Part shown: positions 39,322 through 54,119 of the stretch, one piece after another
Layout: each line of letters starts with the position of its first letter
How positions within the stretch are numbered: position 1 is the first letter of the stretch
Assembly: GCA_965249555.1 (NCBI GenBank)
Contig: OZ252243.1
Coordinates: 32,001-96,000, forward strand
From: Nitrosopumilus sp.
Lineage (GTDB): Archaea > Thermoproteota > Nitrososphaeria > Nitrososphaerales > Nitrosopumilaceae
Reading direction: 5' to 3'
DNA length: 64,000 nt
The notes under the pieces: generated by a model
The model's input: the letters and a program-made list of their open reading frames with translations, nothing else
What the model was told of the DNA's origin: nothing
Database searches by the model: none
Position numbers and translations under genes: made by a program

Positions 39322-40038
39322 ATGAGTTTTAATTTTACAACAACTTTCAGTCCACTAGTTAACAACATTCCAACAGATATTAACACTATTGCATCTTATG
39401 TCACTGTCATATTCGGTTGTATTGCCAGCTTAGTGGCAATTTTTCGTTATAGACCTAAGGCATCAGTTATTTTATCGACTGAATTTTTTGATATAAAAAA
39501 TAACTCTTTAATTCAACAAAAAACATATAAAATTTCATGGGGTTGGGGAACTCTAATGTTTTTACATACAATAAAATTAGAGAAATTCCCATCAACTCAT
39601 ACTTATAAAATAAAATTCAAACCTGAAGGGTCATTTGAACGAACTCTTTCACCAGAATATTATGTGGCAAATGGCAAAAAAGATAAAACCATATTAAAAA
39701 TAAAAAATAAATGTATTGCCAAAAAATGTTTTTTGATGGAAAATGATGTTACAAAAATTTCAGTAATTACTTATGGTCCTTCAGACTCAAAAGTTAATTC
39801 AAAAATTAAAGTGAATCAAACCTCAAATACCATTGAAATTTTTAACGAGAATTCAATTGAGGTTAGAAATTTTAATCTTAAACTTAATGAAGAAATAACT
39901 GCAGACAGATTATCATCATGTTTAAAAGATATTCAAGAATTAAATTTTAATACGAATGGGAAAATTGAGGGTTTTACAATAAAGACAATACCTCCAATTG
40001 ATGCAACTACTCCTGGCAAAATAACAATAATTTATTGA
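39322..40038 (+). CDS. Hypothetical protein with one N-terminal TM helix (238 aa)
   Basis: IASYVTVIFGCIASLVAIF hydrophobic segment. Confidence 0.7.
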   Translation: MSFNFTTTFSPLVNNIPTDINTIASYVTVIFGCIASLVAIFRYRPKASVILSTEFFDIKNNSLIQQKTYKISWGWGTLMFLHTIKLEKFPSTHTYKIKFKPEGSFERTLSPEYYVANGKKDKTILKIKNKCIAKKCFLMENDVTKISVITYGPSDSKVNSKIKVNQTSNTIEIFNENSIEVRNFNLKLNEEITADRLSSCLKDIQELNFNTNGKIEGFTIKTIPPIDATTPGKITIIY

Positions 40039-40886
40039 ATTTCTTTTCTAAATATTAAACAATAGTGATGGGCCCTATTCCCAACATAACTATGAAACAT
40101 TCCAAATGGGTGTAAGCGTCTATTATCTTGACACCAAATTTGTTCATCTTTTGGAACCCATTTCTTAGATAATCTGTTTACGGTATCAAATGCTAATGGC
40201 CACATTCGTCCATTCTTATACACATTATTTGTAACAACAAGCAAATATCCTTTAGGCTTCATTAAATCATAAACACTATCAAAGATCTCATCTTGTGCAT
40301 CCAAAAAGGAGTCATACTCATCAATTATTCCCAAATCTTGAGAATCAGATCCATAATCTACATCCAGATTTAGCTTCTCTCTAGTCCCTGTTCGGTCTTT
40401 TGTGTTTTTGGATCCTTTATTTTTTAATTGATTCCAATATGGAGGGGATGTAATACAGAAATCACATAGTAGGATTCCTTTTTCTTTAAAGATATTTTTC
40501 AAATTTCTAGAATCATCATTAACAATAATCTGTTTTGTGTTATTTTCAGGAATTTCATTTAATCTTTCTTGAGATAGTTTTGCATATTTTTTACTTAATT
40601 CAATACCAATTGCATTACGTTGGAGTTGCCTTGCAACATGAGTAGTAGTTCCAGAACCTAAAAAAGTGTCAAGTACTAATGCGTTCTTTTTTGTAAAAAA
40701 TTGGATATAGTTTGCAACTAATTCTTCAGGAAAGCTTGCAGGATGAGTGATTTTTGAACCTCGACCTTTTGGTCTGAGCATGTACCATGAACGAGTAGAT
40801 TTTAGCCATTCACCATTAGGTAAATCATTAAGTGTATTTCTAGGATGGACTATTAGTTTTTTCTGTTCTTCTAATGCCATAATCAT
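40032..40886 (-). CDS. N4-cytosine/N6-adenine DNA methyltransferase
   Basis: HPASFP, LDTFLGSGTT (SAM binding), TSPPY (catalytic). Confidence 0.92.
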   Translation of the reverse strand: MIMALEEQKKLIVHPRNTLNDLPNGEWLKSTRSWYMLRPKGRGSKITHPASFPEELVANYIQFFTKKNALVLDTFLGSGTTTHVARQLQRNAIGIELSKKYAKLSQERLNEIPENNTKQIIVNDDSRNLKNIFKEKGILLCDFCITSPPYWNQLKNKGSKNTKDRTGTREKLNLDVDYGSDSQDLGIIDEYDSFLDAQDEIFDSVYDLMKPKGYLLVVTNNVYKNGRMWPLAFDTVNRLSKKWVPKDEQIWCQDNRRLHPFGMFHSYVGNRAHHYCLIFRKEIQ

Positions 40887-41117
40887 AGTTACAATATAGT
40901 ATTTCCTGCAAATATAATGAAAAAATAAACTCCTACGTCAAAATTTTTATTGCATTTTTTAATTTCTGTGCCTGCAGGTACAACATGTTATTCATTTCTG
41001 AGTAAAAATAGTTCTTAATGGTAACAATGAATATCTAGTAGATTTTGTAATCAATACTCCGATAGTAAACTCAAATAGACCCTTTTTAATTAAGAATAAT
41101 TATAAAATAATATCAGA

Positions 41118-41318
41118 TTATTTTTTATATTTCCATACACTTTCAAAATAATCAGATAGTTTTTGAATCATACCTATGTCTTTTGAAACAATTCCAGCAT
41201 TGAATTGACTCAATAAACTATCTTGAGTCAAATCTGATGAAGATACAAGAATTTCAGTGTCATCTTTAATGATGATACGTGAATGAATCAAAGGATTATC
41301 TTTATGATCTATTCCCAA
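41118..41318 (-). pseudogene. C-terminal fragment of a phospholipase D-like nuclease domain
   Basis: IHSRIIIKD-x-ILVSSSDLT...NAGI...YFESVW, a degenerate HxKxxxxD/GSxN motif; 5' part missing. Confidence 0.65.
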
Positions 41319-41480
41319 TTTACGTTTTAAATGGCTCTGGTCAGTTCTGGTGATCTAGCATAGATAGTGGTCAGAAGTGACAAATATGGATCTTCTCAAG
41401 ATTGCCCGACCCCCTTGAAAAACCCTTGGTCAGAAGTGATATAAAAAATTCCTGAATACCAAGTCAGAATTCCCCAAAAT

Positions 41481-42450
41481 ATGTACTGTATAGTTTTGGT
41501 GATCTACCCATTATCACTAATAATAGTGATAATTTCTTATATAGTCGTAATACCCAATAGAAACAGGGAAAATTACAACATTACATCTACAGGTGTGTAT
41601 TCCCCTAGATTCATTGTCACATCAAACTATTCACACAAATCATATGTTGCAGAAAGAAATAGAAAGAATCCTAATTCATGGACATGCACATGTAAGGGAT
41701 TTCTTGATGCCATCAGAGTATGCTCTGATGATAAATTATGTGATCACATACTTGAGGTCATAAAACAATACAAAATTATCGTCCCAACTATTCCAAAACA
41801 GGTGTACCTGGTTCCTCAAGAACCAATACAACATGTGATTGCCTGTACCAACTGCGGAACCACAAAGGCAGGCAAGAAATCATCAAAACAAGTGCAAGTC
41901 GTGCAACAGAAGATTTGTCTCAACTGAGATAGGTTTTGAGAAGACAAAATACACGCCAGAAATAATCATATCTTCCCTTAACATGGTAATGTCTGGCATG
42001 TCATATCGCAAAGCCTCAGATCACATAAATTTCTCTCACAATATTCCAATTCCACACAATACGATTCTTAGCTGGGTTCAAAAATTTTCTAAAATCATAA
42101 AGATGTATGTAGATACGCTAAAACCAATCACAGGTGATGTCTCTGCTGGAAAATATCACACATTAATTCCAATGGCTGCAAGCAAGAATGTCTCAGAGAA
42201 TAGAAAGATAACCCAGAAACTTGGAAATTACAACGACTATGTATCTGTCTTTGCTAGTGGTGATGTCATAAAGGTGGAACCCAAGGGATGGCTTGAATCA
42301 GAACAATGGAGGGGTATCTGCAATATTCTTACATCCATTGGCTTTACATGGTTCTTTAATTCCAATGTTCGATCATGGATTCGTTTTGGCAAGACCCCAT
42401 TTGAAAAGAAGGTGACATTTGCAAGTCAAGCCCCGATAGGAATAAAATAA
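41481..42450 (+). pseudogene. SWIM zinc-finger/Zn-ribbon/HTH IS6-like transposase remnant (frameshifted, DDE core deleted)
   Basis: WTCTCKGF...CDHI SWIM; CTNC...CKSCNRRF; GMSYRKASDHI...HNTILSWVQKF HTH. Confidence 0.65.
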
Positions 42451-42482
42451 CATGTTATAAGATATGTATTTTTTAAATTAAC

Positions 42483-42698
42483 ATGGTAGGTATAATCTCA
42501 AAGAAAATACGGGGAAAAAAATACACCTACTTTGAATATTTTGAAAATGGTAAGACTGTTCAGAAATATTGCGGTCCTGAGGGGTCTGCAAAGTCCAAAA
42601 AAACCGCATTACAATACGAATACAGTCTTTTAAAAAGTAAGAGGGATGAGATGATACAGAAGATGAAGATGGTAAAGGAGGAACAGAGGAAAATTTGA
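42483..42698 (+). CDS. Small basic mobile-element protein (KKIRGKKYTY...QKYCG family)
   Basis: Motif typical of small archaeal plasmid/virus DNA-binding proteins; coiled-coil tail. Confidence 0.7.
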   Translation: MVGIISKKIRGKKYTYFEYFENGKTVQKYCGPEGSAKSKKTALQYEYSLLKSKRDEMIQKMKMVKEEQRKI

Positions 42699-42795
42699 AT
42701 TATTCATGTATGGAAATTATAGATCATATTATTCGATTCCATGGGATTAAAATATCGGCTAACTTAAGCCCCCATTGCATGACTGACATTCAATT

Positions 42796-42937
42796 CCAAT
42801 TCCTTCTTCCAATTCCTTCTTCCAATTCCTTCTTCCAATTCCTTCTTCCAATTCCTTCTTCCAATTCCTTCTTCCAATTCCTTCTTCCAATTCCTTCTTC
42901 CAATTCCTTCTTCCAATTCCTTCTTCCAATTCCTTCC
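42796..42937. repeat. 13-bp tandem repeat ccaattccttctt x10 plus partial unit
   Basis: Direct reading; ends 17 bp before the Type ISP ATG. Confidence 0.97.
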
Positions 42938-42954
42938 ATCAGGGGCAAATCTGA

Positions 42955-47119
<4,165 letters not shown>

Positions 47120-47133
<14 letters not shown>

Positions 47134-47785
47134 TTCAACATTACAGGAATACCAAACTCACTACAACGACAAAGAAATAACAAAAAAGGACATCTTTTAC
47201 TACATTTATGGCCTGTTGCATCATTCGAGATATAAGAAAAAATTTGCAAATTCACTATCAAAGGAGATGCCAAGAATTCCAATGGCTCCAGACTTTGGAA
47301 AGTTTTCAGAAGCAGGACAGGCTTTGGCATATCTGCATCTCAACTATGAGAAATGTCAAAAATACAAGATAGAACCAAAAGTAAAGTTTGGAAAGTTGAT
47401 AAAGATGTCATTTCCAAAAGTCAAAAAAGATGGAAAGAGTGTAACTGACAAGACGAAACTAAAGATAAATGGGTTTATAGTATTTGAGAAAATCCCGGAG
47501 ATAAAATACAAAGTGAATGGCAGAACCCCATTAGAATGGGCTATTGACAGATACAAATTCACAACTGACAGAGACAGTGGAATAACAAACGACCCAACAG
47601 CAGACATGACAGAGCAAAATACAACAGAGATGATTCAAAGACTAATCTACGTCAGTACGGAATCAGATAAAATAATATCAACACTATCCAAACTGGAATT
47701 TGAGCCAAAGGACTGGACACCTACAAAGACAGGTCTTGACAAGTTCTCAGATCCTAAAGAATACCAATCAAAGATTGGTACATAA
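47120..47785 (+). CDS. C-terminal specificity domain of the Type ISP enzyme (+1 frame relative to 42955)
   Basis: ENILDSTLQEYQTHYNDKEITKKDIFYYIYGLLH...EMPRIP...LHLNYE...YKVNGRTPLEWAIDRY...DSGITNDP. Confidence 0.88.
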
Positions 47786-48042
47786 AGAACCAAACCCATC
47801 CAATACACATAACGCCTGCAATGAGATGAGGATATCCGGTATGGTTTGCCAATTTCTCAGAACCATTCAAAATATGGAAATATGACAAGTCATTTGTCTT
47901 CAAGGTTGGTTCCTTGTTAAGCTAAAGGTTGGAGTCAGGAAAAAAGAAGTGATAATATCTGTAAAACCAAATGTTTCAAAGAGTGTAATCAAAAAGATTG
48001 ACCACATATTGCAAAAGTGTGGATTTGTAAAGGATTCTGGAA

Positions 48043-49463
48043 GTATGTATCAACCTTCACGCACAAATCAACACTATTACACAAAAAGATCTAAGATCAA
48101 CTAAATCATCATACAAAACATGTCAGGTTGTGGTCATGAGAAAATCATCATACAGCTACAAGCAGAGATAAAACAACTAAAACTAATCATAGAAAATCTC
48201 ATAGAATCAAACAAGGAACTGCAAAAAAAGCTGTCATATTATGAGAATGCGCACTCTCCGCCATCAAAGAATTCCCTTGAATGGAGAAAGCAAAAAAGAC
48301 AACACAGACAGCCAGGCAAATCAAGACGTGGTGGAATAGCAGGACACGTTGGCAAGACACAGAAATTCAGACCAACTAGCACCAAACACCACAGATCAGA
48401 TGCATGTCCCAAATGCGGTAGTGAAAATATTCATCAAACCAAAACCTGCAAAAGGATAATGGTTGAGATTCCTCCACCAACACCCTACGGTATAACTGAG
48501 CATGTTTTGAATCAATACATCTGCATGGACTGTTCTGATAATTTTCAAACCACGGGAAACCTTCCACCACATGGATGTTTTGATGGTTCAGTGACACGTG
48601 AGGTCGTCTCACTGTTCTCAAAGAGATTGACATACGATGCTATCAGAACCACACTCTATGAAAGATATGGATTAGAAATCAGCAATACAACCGTACAATC
48701 CATTCTTCGCAACGGTAGTGTGATGTTAGAGTCATTTTACAATACAATCCACAGCGAAATCGTGACTGAAAAGATTCTCGGAATCGATGAGACAGGATTT
48801 TCAATTGATGGAAATACTGGATGGATGTGGGTTGCAAGAAGCAAGACTAGTGCACAGTATGCCTTGGAGTACAGCAGAGGTGCCAATGTTCTAAAAAAGT
48901 ACTGGAAGAAATTCAAAGGAACCCTAGTGTCTGACGGATATGCTCCGTACAGGACAGTATTTTGTGATAACACAAAGCAGAGATGCACCGCACACCTGCA
49001 GCGCGATGCCAAATATCTGGCAATAAAATCACAGGACAAAAAGGCAAGGATTCTATATGAGAAACTCTCAGATATGCTAGGTCATGCCAGGGTTTGGAGT
49101 GTAGGTAATCGTCATACAAAACGGCGGGAAATGTACAGGGATGATTTACTAAAACAGCTAGACCGTATCATTGCACGATATTTGAAAGGTGATACGGAGA
49201 TGGTTCAGTTTGGCAAGAAGCTAAAGACTGCAAGGAACAGCATGTTTACGTTTGTCATGGATGGCGATGTCCCGTCAACTAACAATGATGCAGAGAATTC
49301 CATTCGAAAGTGCGTGATGCAGAGGAATGTTCGCGGGCAGATGAAGAGTGATCAGGGCATGAGGATGATCTCAGTCTTTCTCACATGCTTTGAGACATGG
49401 AGAATAAGGGAATTGAACATGTTTTCTGAGATGGCAAAATACATCTAAGTGCTTAATACATAC
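48043..49463 (+). mobile_element. IS66-family element, single-ORF (ISBst12-like), apparently intact
   Basis: TIRs GTATGTATCAACC / GCTTAATACATAC; perfect 8-bp TSD TTCTGGAA at 48035-48042 and 49464-49471. Confidence 0.93.
48120..49448 (+). CDS. IS66 transposase
   Basis: HSPPS, CPKCG, IDETG, VSDGYAPY, QRCTAHLQR, TNNDAENSIR. Confidence 0.95.
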   Translation: MSGCGHEKIIIQLQAEIKQLKLIIENLIESNKELQKKLSYYENAHSPPSKNSLEWRKQKRQHRQPGKSRRGGIAGHVGKTQKFRPTSTKHHRSDACPKCGSENIHQTKTCKRIMVEIPPPTPYGITEHVLNQYICMDCSDNFQTTGNLPPHGCFDGSVTREVVSLFSKRLTYDAIRTTLYERYGLEISNTTVQSILRNGSVMLESFYNTIHSEIVTEKILGIDETGFSIDGNTGWMWVARSKTSAQYALEYSRGANVLKKYWKKFKGTLVSDGYAPYRTVFCDNTKQRCTAHLQRDAKYLAIKSQDKKARILYEKLSDMLGHARVWSVGNRHTKRREMYRDDLLKQLDRIIARYLKGDTEMVQFGKKLKTARNSMFTFVMDGDVPSTNNDAENSIRKCVMQRNVRGQMKSDQGMRMISVFLTCFETWRIRELNMFSEMAKYI

Positions 49464-49619
49464 TTCTGGAAAAGAGCAATGGAGACGCAGGATTGATTCG
49501 ATTATGAATATGAGTCGTAGACGTACTGCAAATTTAGGTCTGGTGCCAGAACAGACATTTGAGGTATGCAATAGATGCGGGATTCAGGCACCCAGTAATA
49601 TCACAATAACTGGTTGATT

Positions 49620-49904
49620 TTAACAAATGTTTTGATTACTGTTGTTTTTCATACATTTACAGTCACCAACATTATCAGTACCAATATGAGACGCAAGTAA
49701 TGCCATTACAAATCTTGCTTCTTTTTCTCTAGTAAATAATATGTAACCATTACGATCAGTATTAGCGTTACTAGCATTATGTTGTCCTGGATAATTACAA
49801 TCTGGCATGTGTAGTTTGACATGTTTAGCTTCATTATTATCATCATTCCAATAAACAAGATGTGTTATTTCATCATAAACTTTTTGTACATTCTCAGAAA
49901 CCAT
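49620..49904 (-). CDS. Hypothetical protein (94 aa), His/Cys-containing
   Basis: ORF track. Confidence 0.55.
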   Translation of the reverse strand: MVSENVQKVYDEITHLVYWNDDNNEAKHVKLHMPDCNYPGQHNASNANTDRNGYILFTREKEARFVMALLASHIGTDNVGDCKCMKNNSNQNIC

Positions 49905-50221
49905 AAAATAACCACGGATTTTTATTATTTAAATTGGATCATTTATTTTTCAAACAACGCAGGCATTTCATTTATCAGTATTCCAATCTGCTTTACCACA
50001 ATCAGGACATACTTTTTCTTTTAACAAATAATAACTTATTCCTGGGATAATTCCAAATAATAATGACACTCCTAGGATCTTGTTATTGATTACCTTTTCT
50101 GGATAAACAATTTTTTTGCAATTATTACACCATCTTCCTATTCCCATTACAATTGTTAAGAAAGATACTATAAAAATTTGATCAGATGTAGATTAGAACC
50201 TACACAGTATTTTAGGAGATT

Positions 50222-50485
50222 CTCCCATACGAAATCGTCTCCAACCCTACTGAATACACAGTGCGCTTTGTACAATCAGGATATCTTTGATCTGCTTCTT
50301 TTACGGTTCTCCCATACGAAATCGTCTCCAACCCTACTGAGGACACTTACTAGCGTGCTTTGCTGAATCAGGACATCTCAGATATGCTTTGCATCTTCTT
50401 ATACTTTCGTTGTGTCAGTTCATGATTTTGTGTACGATACTTTTCAGTGCCCTTCAGATTATTGCAAGCATCTGCCTTGCAGTTC
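50222..50485 (-). mobile_element. Two tandem IS110 type A right-end remnants (one a diverged variant)
   Basis: ctcccatacgaaatcgtctccaaccctactga at 50222 and 50309; also at 25115 and inverted near 58390-58422. Confidence 0.85.
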
Positions 50486-50813
50486 TCCGGTCCAACTGCA
50501 GGGTGATTCAATCAAGATTGCCCCAAGATATTGAGTAAACAAGAAGATTTGAAGGGAGATTAATGATATTTTGAGACTTTACAAGTTTTGTGGGGTATCA
50601 AATGGCAAAGATATCTCAAATGATCCTAAAACACAATTGATCATAATTATTGGTATCATCATTAGCTCCTCTTGGGCTCACCTTTTTTTGTTGTTGGGCT
50701 AATCTTTTATAGAAAATATAAAAAACTAAAAACACAATAGCTTACAAAACTAGATATGCAACTAGGGTAGTTTTTGCCCAAGCAAACAAAACAGCACAAT
50801 AAATGATATTGTA

Positions 50814-51920
50814 TTATTTGGAAAATGTTACAACACAACCATCAGGGTAAGACTGAGCATTAGTTTTTCTATTAGTCACTGAAAGTATTTGTGAATGAGT
50901 TTTACGTTCCAGAAATTTCAATATATTTTTTTTAAATAAATATGGAGTATCAGTAATAACAAATTTGTAAATTTTATCGATTTCAGCAGATGTGCCTTTA
51001 AAATGTTCAAAGATTAATTCAGCCGCATTAGGCATCCATGTATTACCGTCTTTAATATTCACAAAAAAGGTCTGTCCAAACCCCATTCTATCTGAAAAGG
51101 AATACCTTCCTCTACTGTCAACTTTTAACATTGCTTTTTTCATTACTTCCAAACCTTTCCAATGTTTAGTTCCAAAAATTAAATGATATACCACATTGTT
51201 ATTTTCTCCAACCATTTCAAATGAACGAACATATTTTGAGCCGTTATCTTCCATAAGTTTTTTTTCGTATAATTTCAATAAAAAATCAATTCGGTCTTCA
51301 GTTTTAGCAATAGTTCTTGCTTGGATAAATTCTTTTGAACCATATAATTTAGTAACCGCATCTTCATGAGATGGATCTAAAAATCTATTAACAAAACCAG
51401 TCATAAAAGTAATCAAGACTTCACATTTATCATTAGCAAGCAATCGTTTTACCAAATCCATAGGGAAATCAGAATAACCAAATGGATCGATAAATGCAAA
51501 TGTGGGGGCAAGTTGTTGATCTTTTTTCTCCAATTCATCCAACATGGTTCTAACACTTTTTTCAAAATCAGAGTCAATTATCTGATAATTCATATTTTCA
51601 GGAATTTGTTTAAATTTTTCTTCCAAAGTTTGTTTCAAGACATTAGATCTTCTTTTATCATTTTCAATAAATGCAAAGGTGATATTGGTCGTGGGTTTTA
51701 GCATCCTATGTTCAACTGCTGTTTTCACAGCAATTACAGGGGAGCCATCTTCGCCATCCTTGTATTTTCCAGGGCCTGCAAACCCATCAAGATATACAAT
51801 TCTATTTTCCCATCTTCCAATTATAGGAAACCATGCCTTTAGATATTCTTCAAGGATTTGATGTTTGGCAATAGTATGGGACTCGATAGACCATGTTGTA
51901 GGTATTTTTTCGTGCACCAT
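50814..51920 (-). CDS. tcmP: Three-Cys-motif partner protein TcmP-like (SAM-dependent MTase fold plus wHTH)
   Basis: W...HTIAKHQILEEYLKAW, YLDGFAGPG, GSP, FAFIDPFG. Confidence 0.85.
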   Translation of the reverse strand: MVHEKIPTTWSIESHTIAKHQILEEYLKAWFPIIGRWENRIVYLDGFAGPGKYKDGEDGSPVIAVKTAVEHRMLKPTTNITFAFIENDKRRSNVLKQTLEEKFKQIPENMNYQIIDSDFEKSVRTMLDELEKKDQQLAPTFAFIDPFGYSDFPMDLVKRLLANDKCEVLITFMTGFVNRFLDPSHEDAVTKLYGSKEFIQARTIAKTEDRIDFLLKLYEKKLMEDNGSKYVRSFEMVGENNNVVYHLIFGTKHWKGLEVMKKAMLKVDSRGRYSFSDRMGFGQTFFVNIKDGNTWMPNAAELIFEHFKGTSAEIDKIYKFVITDTPYLFKKNILKFLERKTHSQILSVTNRKTNAQSYPDGCVVTFSK

Positions 51921-51995
51921 TTCTTAGACTGATTGTTAATGTCTTATGAAGGAGACATTTAAACATTTTAAAGTTCATTAAGAACAGTAAGGACA

Positions 51996-52832
51996 GTGGC
52001 TATTGATTCTGGAATTGAGTGGACAGAGGCAACATGGAACCCCACTAGCGGATGTAGTAAAATATCTTCAGGATGTAAAAACTGCTATGCAGAAACTTTA
52101 ACAAAAAGACTGAAAGCGATGGGGCAACAAAAATACAAGAAAGGATTTCAGTATATAGAACACCCATCAGATGTTGAATTGCCACTAACATGGAAAAAAC
52201 CAAAAAAGATTTTTGTGAACAGCATGTCAGATTTGTTTCATGAAAAATCAACATTTGAATTTACAGGAAAATGTTTCTCAACTATGATTCAAGCAGATCA
52301 TCATGATTATCAGATCCTTACTAAACGACCAAAAAGAATGACTGAATTTTCAGAATTATTTTTCAAATATTTTGGTCATAAAATTCCAAATTTTATGTGG
52401 ATGGGGGTTAGTATTGAAAATAAAAATTATGTTTCAAGAATTAATGATTTACGTAAAGTGAAATGCCATACAAGATTTATCAGTTTTGAACCATTGCTTG
52501 ATTCGGTAGGAAAAGTGAATTTACGAGGAATCGACTGGGTGATTATCGGAGGTGAAAGTGGACATCACTATCGCCCAGTAAAAAAAGAATGGATTGAAGA
52601 AATCATAGAACAATGCAAAGAACAAGGAGTGGCAATATTTTTCAAACAATGGGGAGGATTCAGACCTAAAGCAGGAGGAAGAACAATCAACAGGAGGAAA
52701 TACAGTGAGTACCCAGAAATTAAAAAAAAGAATTCTTTAAAGAAGGTTCATTTTGATGAAACAGCATTTTCCGAAATATGTTTAATGCATGAAGTTCAAA
52801 AGAAAAGAGAGAATCAAATTACTACAAGATAA
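51996..52832 (+). CDS. DUF5131 / phage Gp37-Gp68-like radical-SAM-like protein
   Basis: IEWTEATWNPTSGCSKISSGCKNCYA, FVNSMSDLFH, LTKRP, SFEPLL, GGESG, FFKQWGG. Confidence 0.92.
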   Translation: MAIDSGIEWTEATWNPTSGCSKISSGCKNCYAETLTKRLKAMGQQKYKKGFQYIEHPSDVELPLTWKKPKKIFVNSMSDLFHEKSTFEFTGKCFSTMIQADHHDYQILTKRPKRMTEFSELFFKYFGHKIPNFMWMGVSIENKNYVSRINDLRKVKCHTRFISFEPLLDSVGKVNLRGIDWVIIGGESGHHYRPVKKEWIEEIIEQCKEQGVAIFFKQWGGFRPKAGGRTINRRKYSEYPEIKKKNSLKKVHFDETAFSEICLMHEVQKKRENQITTR

Positions 52833-52908
52833 GTGACAAATCAAAACAAAAAATTCTTACAAAAACCAATCGATATGTTACATGAAGAATATCCAATCAA
52901 CGATGTTA

Positions 52909-53979
52909 TAGCGAAGAGTCAAAGTTCGTGAACTAAAAATCATCAAAACAAAAGACTTTTTGATCACCACACACAATGAAACACATGAACAAGTTAGAAC
53001 AGCTTGAAGCAGCATACAAAAAGGAAAACTCCAAAGATATAGTCAGGATGCTTGCAGTACTAATGGTTCTCAAAGATGGTAAGGAATTAGAGTACACCGC
53101 ACAAACACTACACCGCTGTACAAACTGGGTACGCAAATGGGTTGATCGTTTTAACGTAGATGGCCTCTACGATCACCCAAGGAGTGAAAGACCATGTGTA
53201 ATCACAAAGAAGCAAATGAATTCTATCATGCTCAAAATTATGTTGACACTATTTACACCTGTAATGCTGCAGCAGACAATATTTGATTCTACTGGAATAA
53301 AATTTCACATAACACATGTCAGAAAAATAATGCGCCAGTATGGAATGTCTGCTAAAACTGCACAAATATCACGTCAATCATGCAAGTGTAACAGCTGGGC
53401 AGCAACGCATGAAAAAGAGAATTCCACACCTAAAAAAGAGTGGATTCACCATTGCAATGCTTGATGAGGCATTCTTTGTTAGGGATGTAAAAGCAGGACG
53501 AAAATATTGGTCACCAGTTGCCAAAAGAATATTTCTCCCATATGTGGGAAACCATGAAAGTTTGGCAGTGTATGGAACAATTACAATCAATGGAGACCAA
53601 CTGTTTAGAATTTATAAAAAATTCAACGGCATAACATTTGTAGAATATCTAAAAGAGTTACACTACAAATATGGTAAAATTGCGCTGATACTTGACAGGG
53701 CATCAGTGCACAAATCAAAGAAGGTCAAGGACTTTTTGACAGATAATCCAGATGTTAAACTGATTTGGCTACCAAAAGGACCCACCATATCTAAACATGA
53801 TAGAGCAGTGTTGGAAAATAAACAAGCATGTGTTGTTGGTATCAGAATATTATGCAATGTTTACAATAATGAATAATGCAGTGTCACAATACTTTGGAAC
53901 AAAAAAATTCAAACTTGATGTTGTTAATTATATTTTTAGAAATCCTGCAAAGATGTTCACGAACTTTTGATCGTCGCTA
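52909..53979 (+). mobile_element. IS630-family element, frameshifted transposase
   Basis: TIRs TAGCGAAGAGTCAAAGTTCGTGAAC / GTTCACGAACTTTTGATCGTCGCTA flanked by TA; HTH ORF 52976-53464 and DDE ORF 53340-53876 (LDEA, LDRASVH). Confidence 0.9.
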
Positions 53980-54119
53980 TACAATAACATGAATAACGAA
54001 ATACAACGAAAAATAACTAGTCTAACACTAATGACAATCTTGGCGCATAGTCCAATCAACTATAATTATCCCTCTTTCAATGATGAAAACATTTTGTTAA
54101 CTAAGAATGGCGTCCAACA

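Noticed and set aside
37230-41318. Complete BREX or DISARM system
   Set aside because: No PglZ, PglX, BrxC, DrmA or DrmB homologs visible
42796-42937. Possible CRISPR array; ORFs 42695-43003, 42764-43039 and 42790-42975
   Set aside because: Contiguous 13-mers without spacers and no cas genes; the ORFs are artefacts of a stop-free repeat
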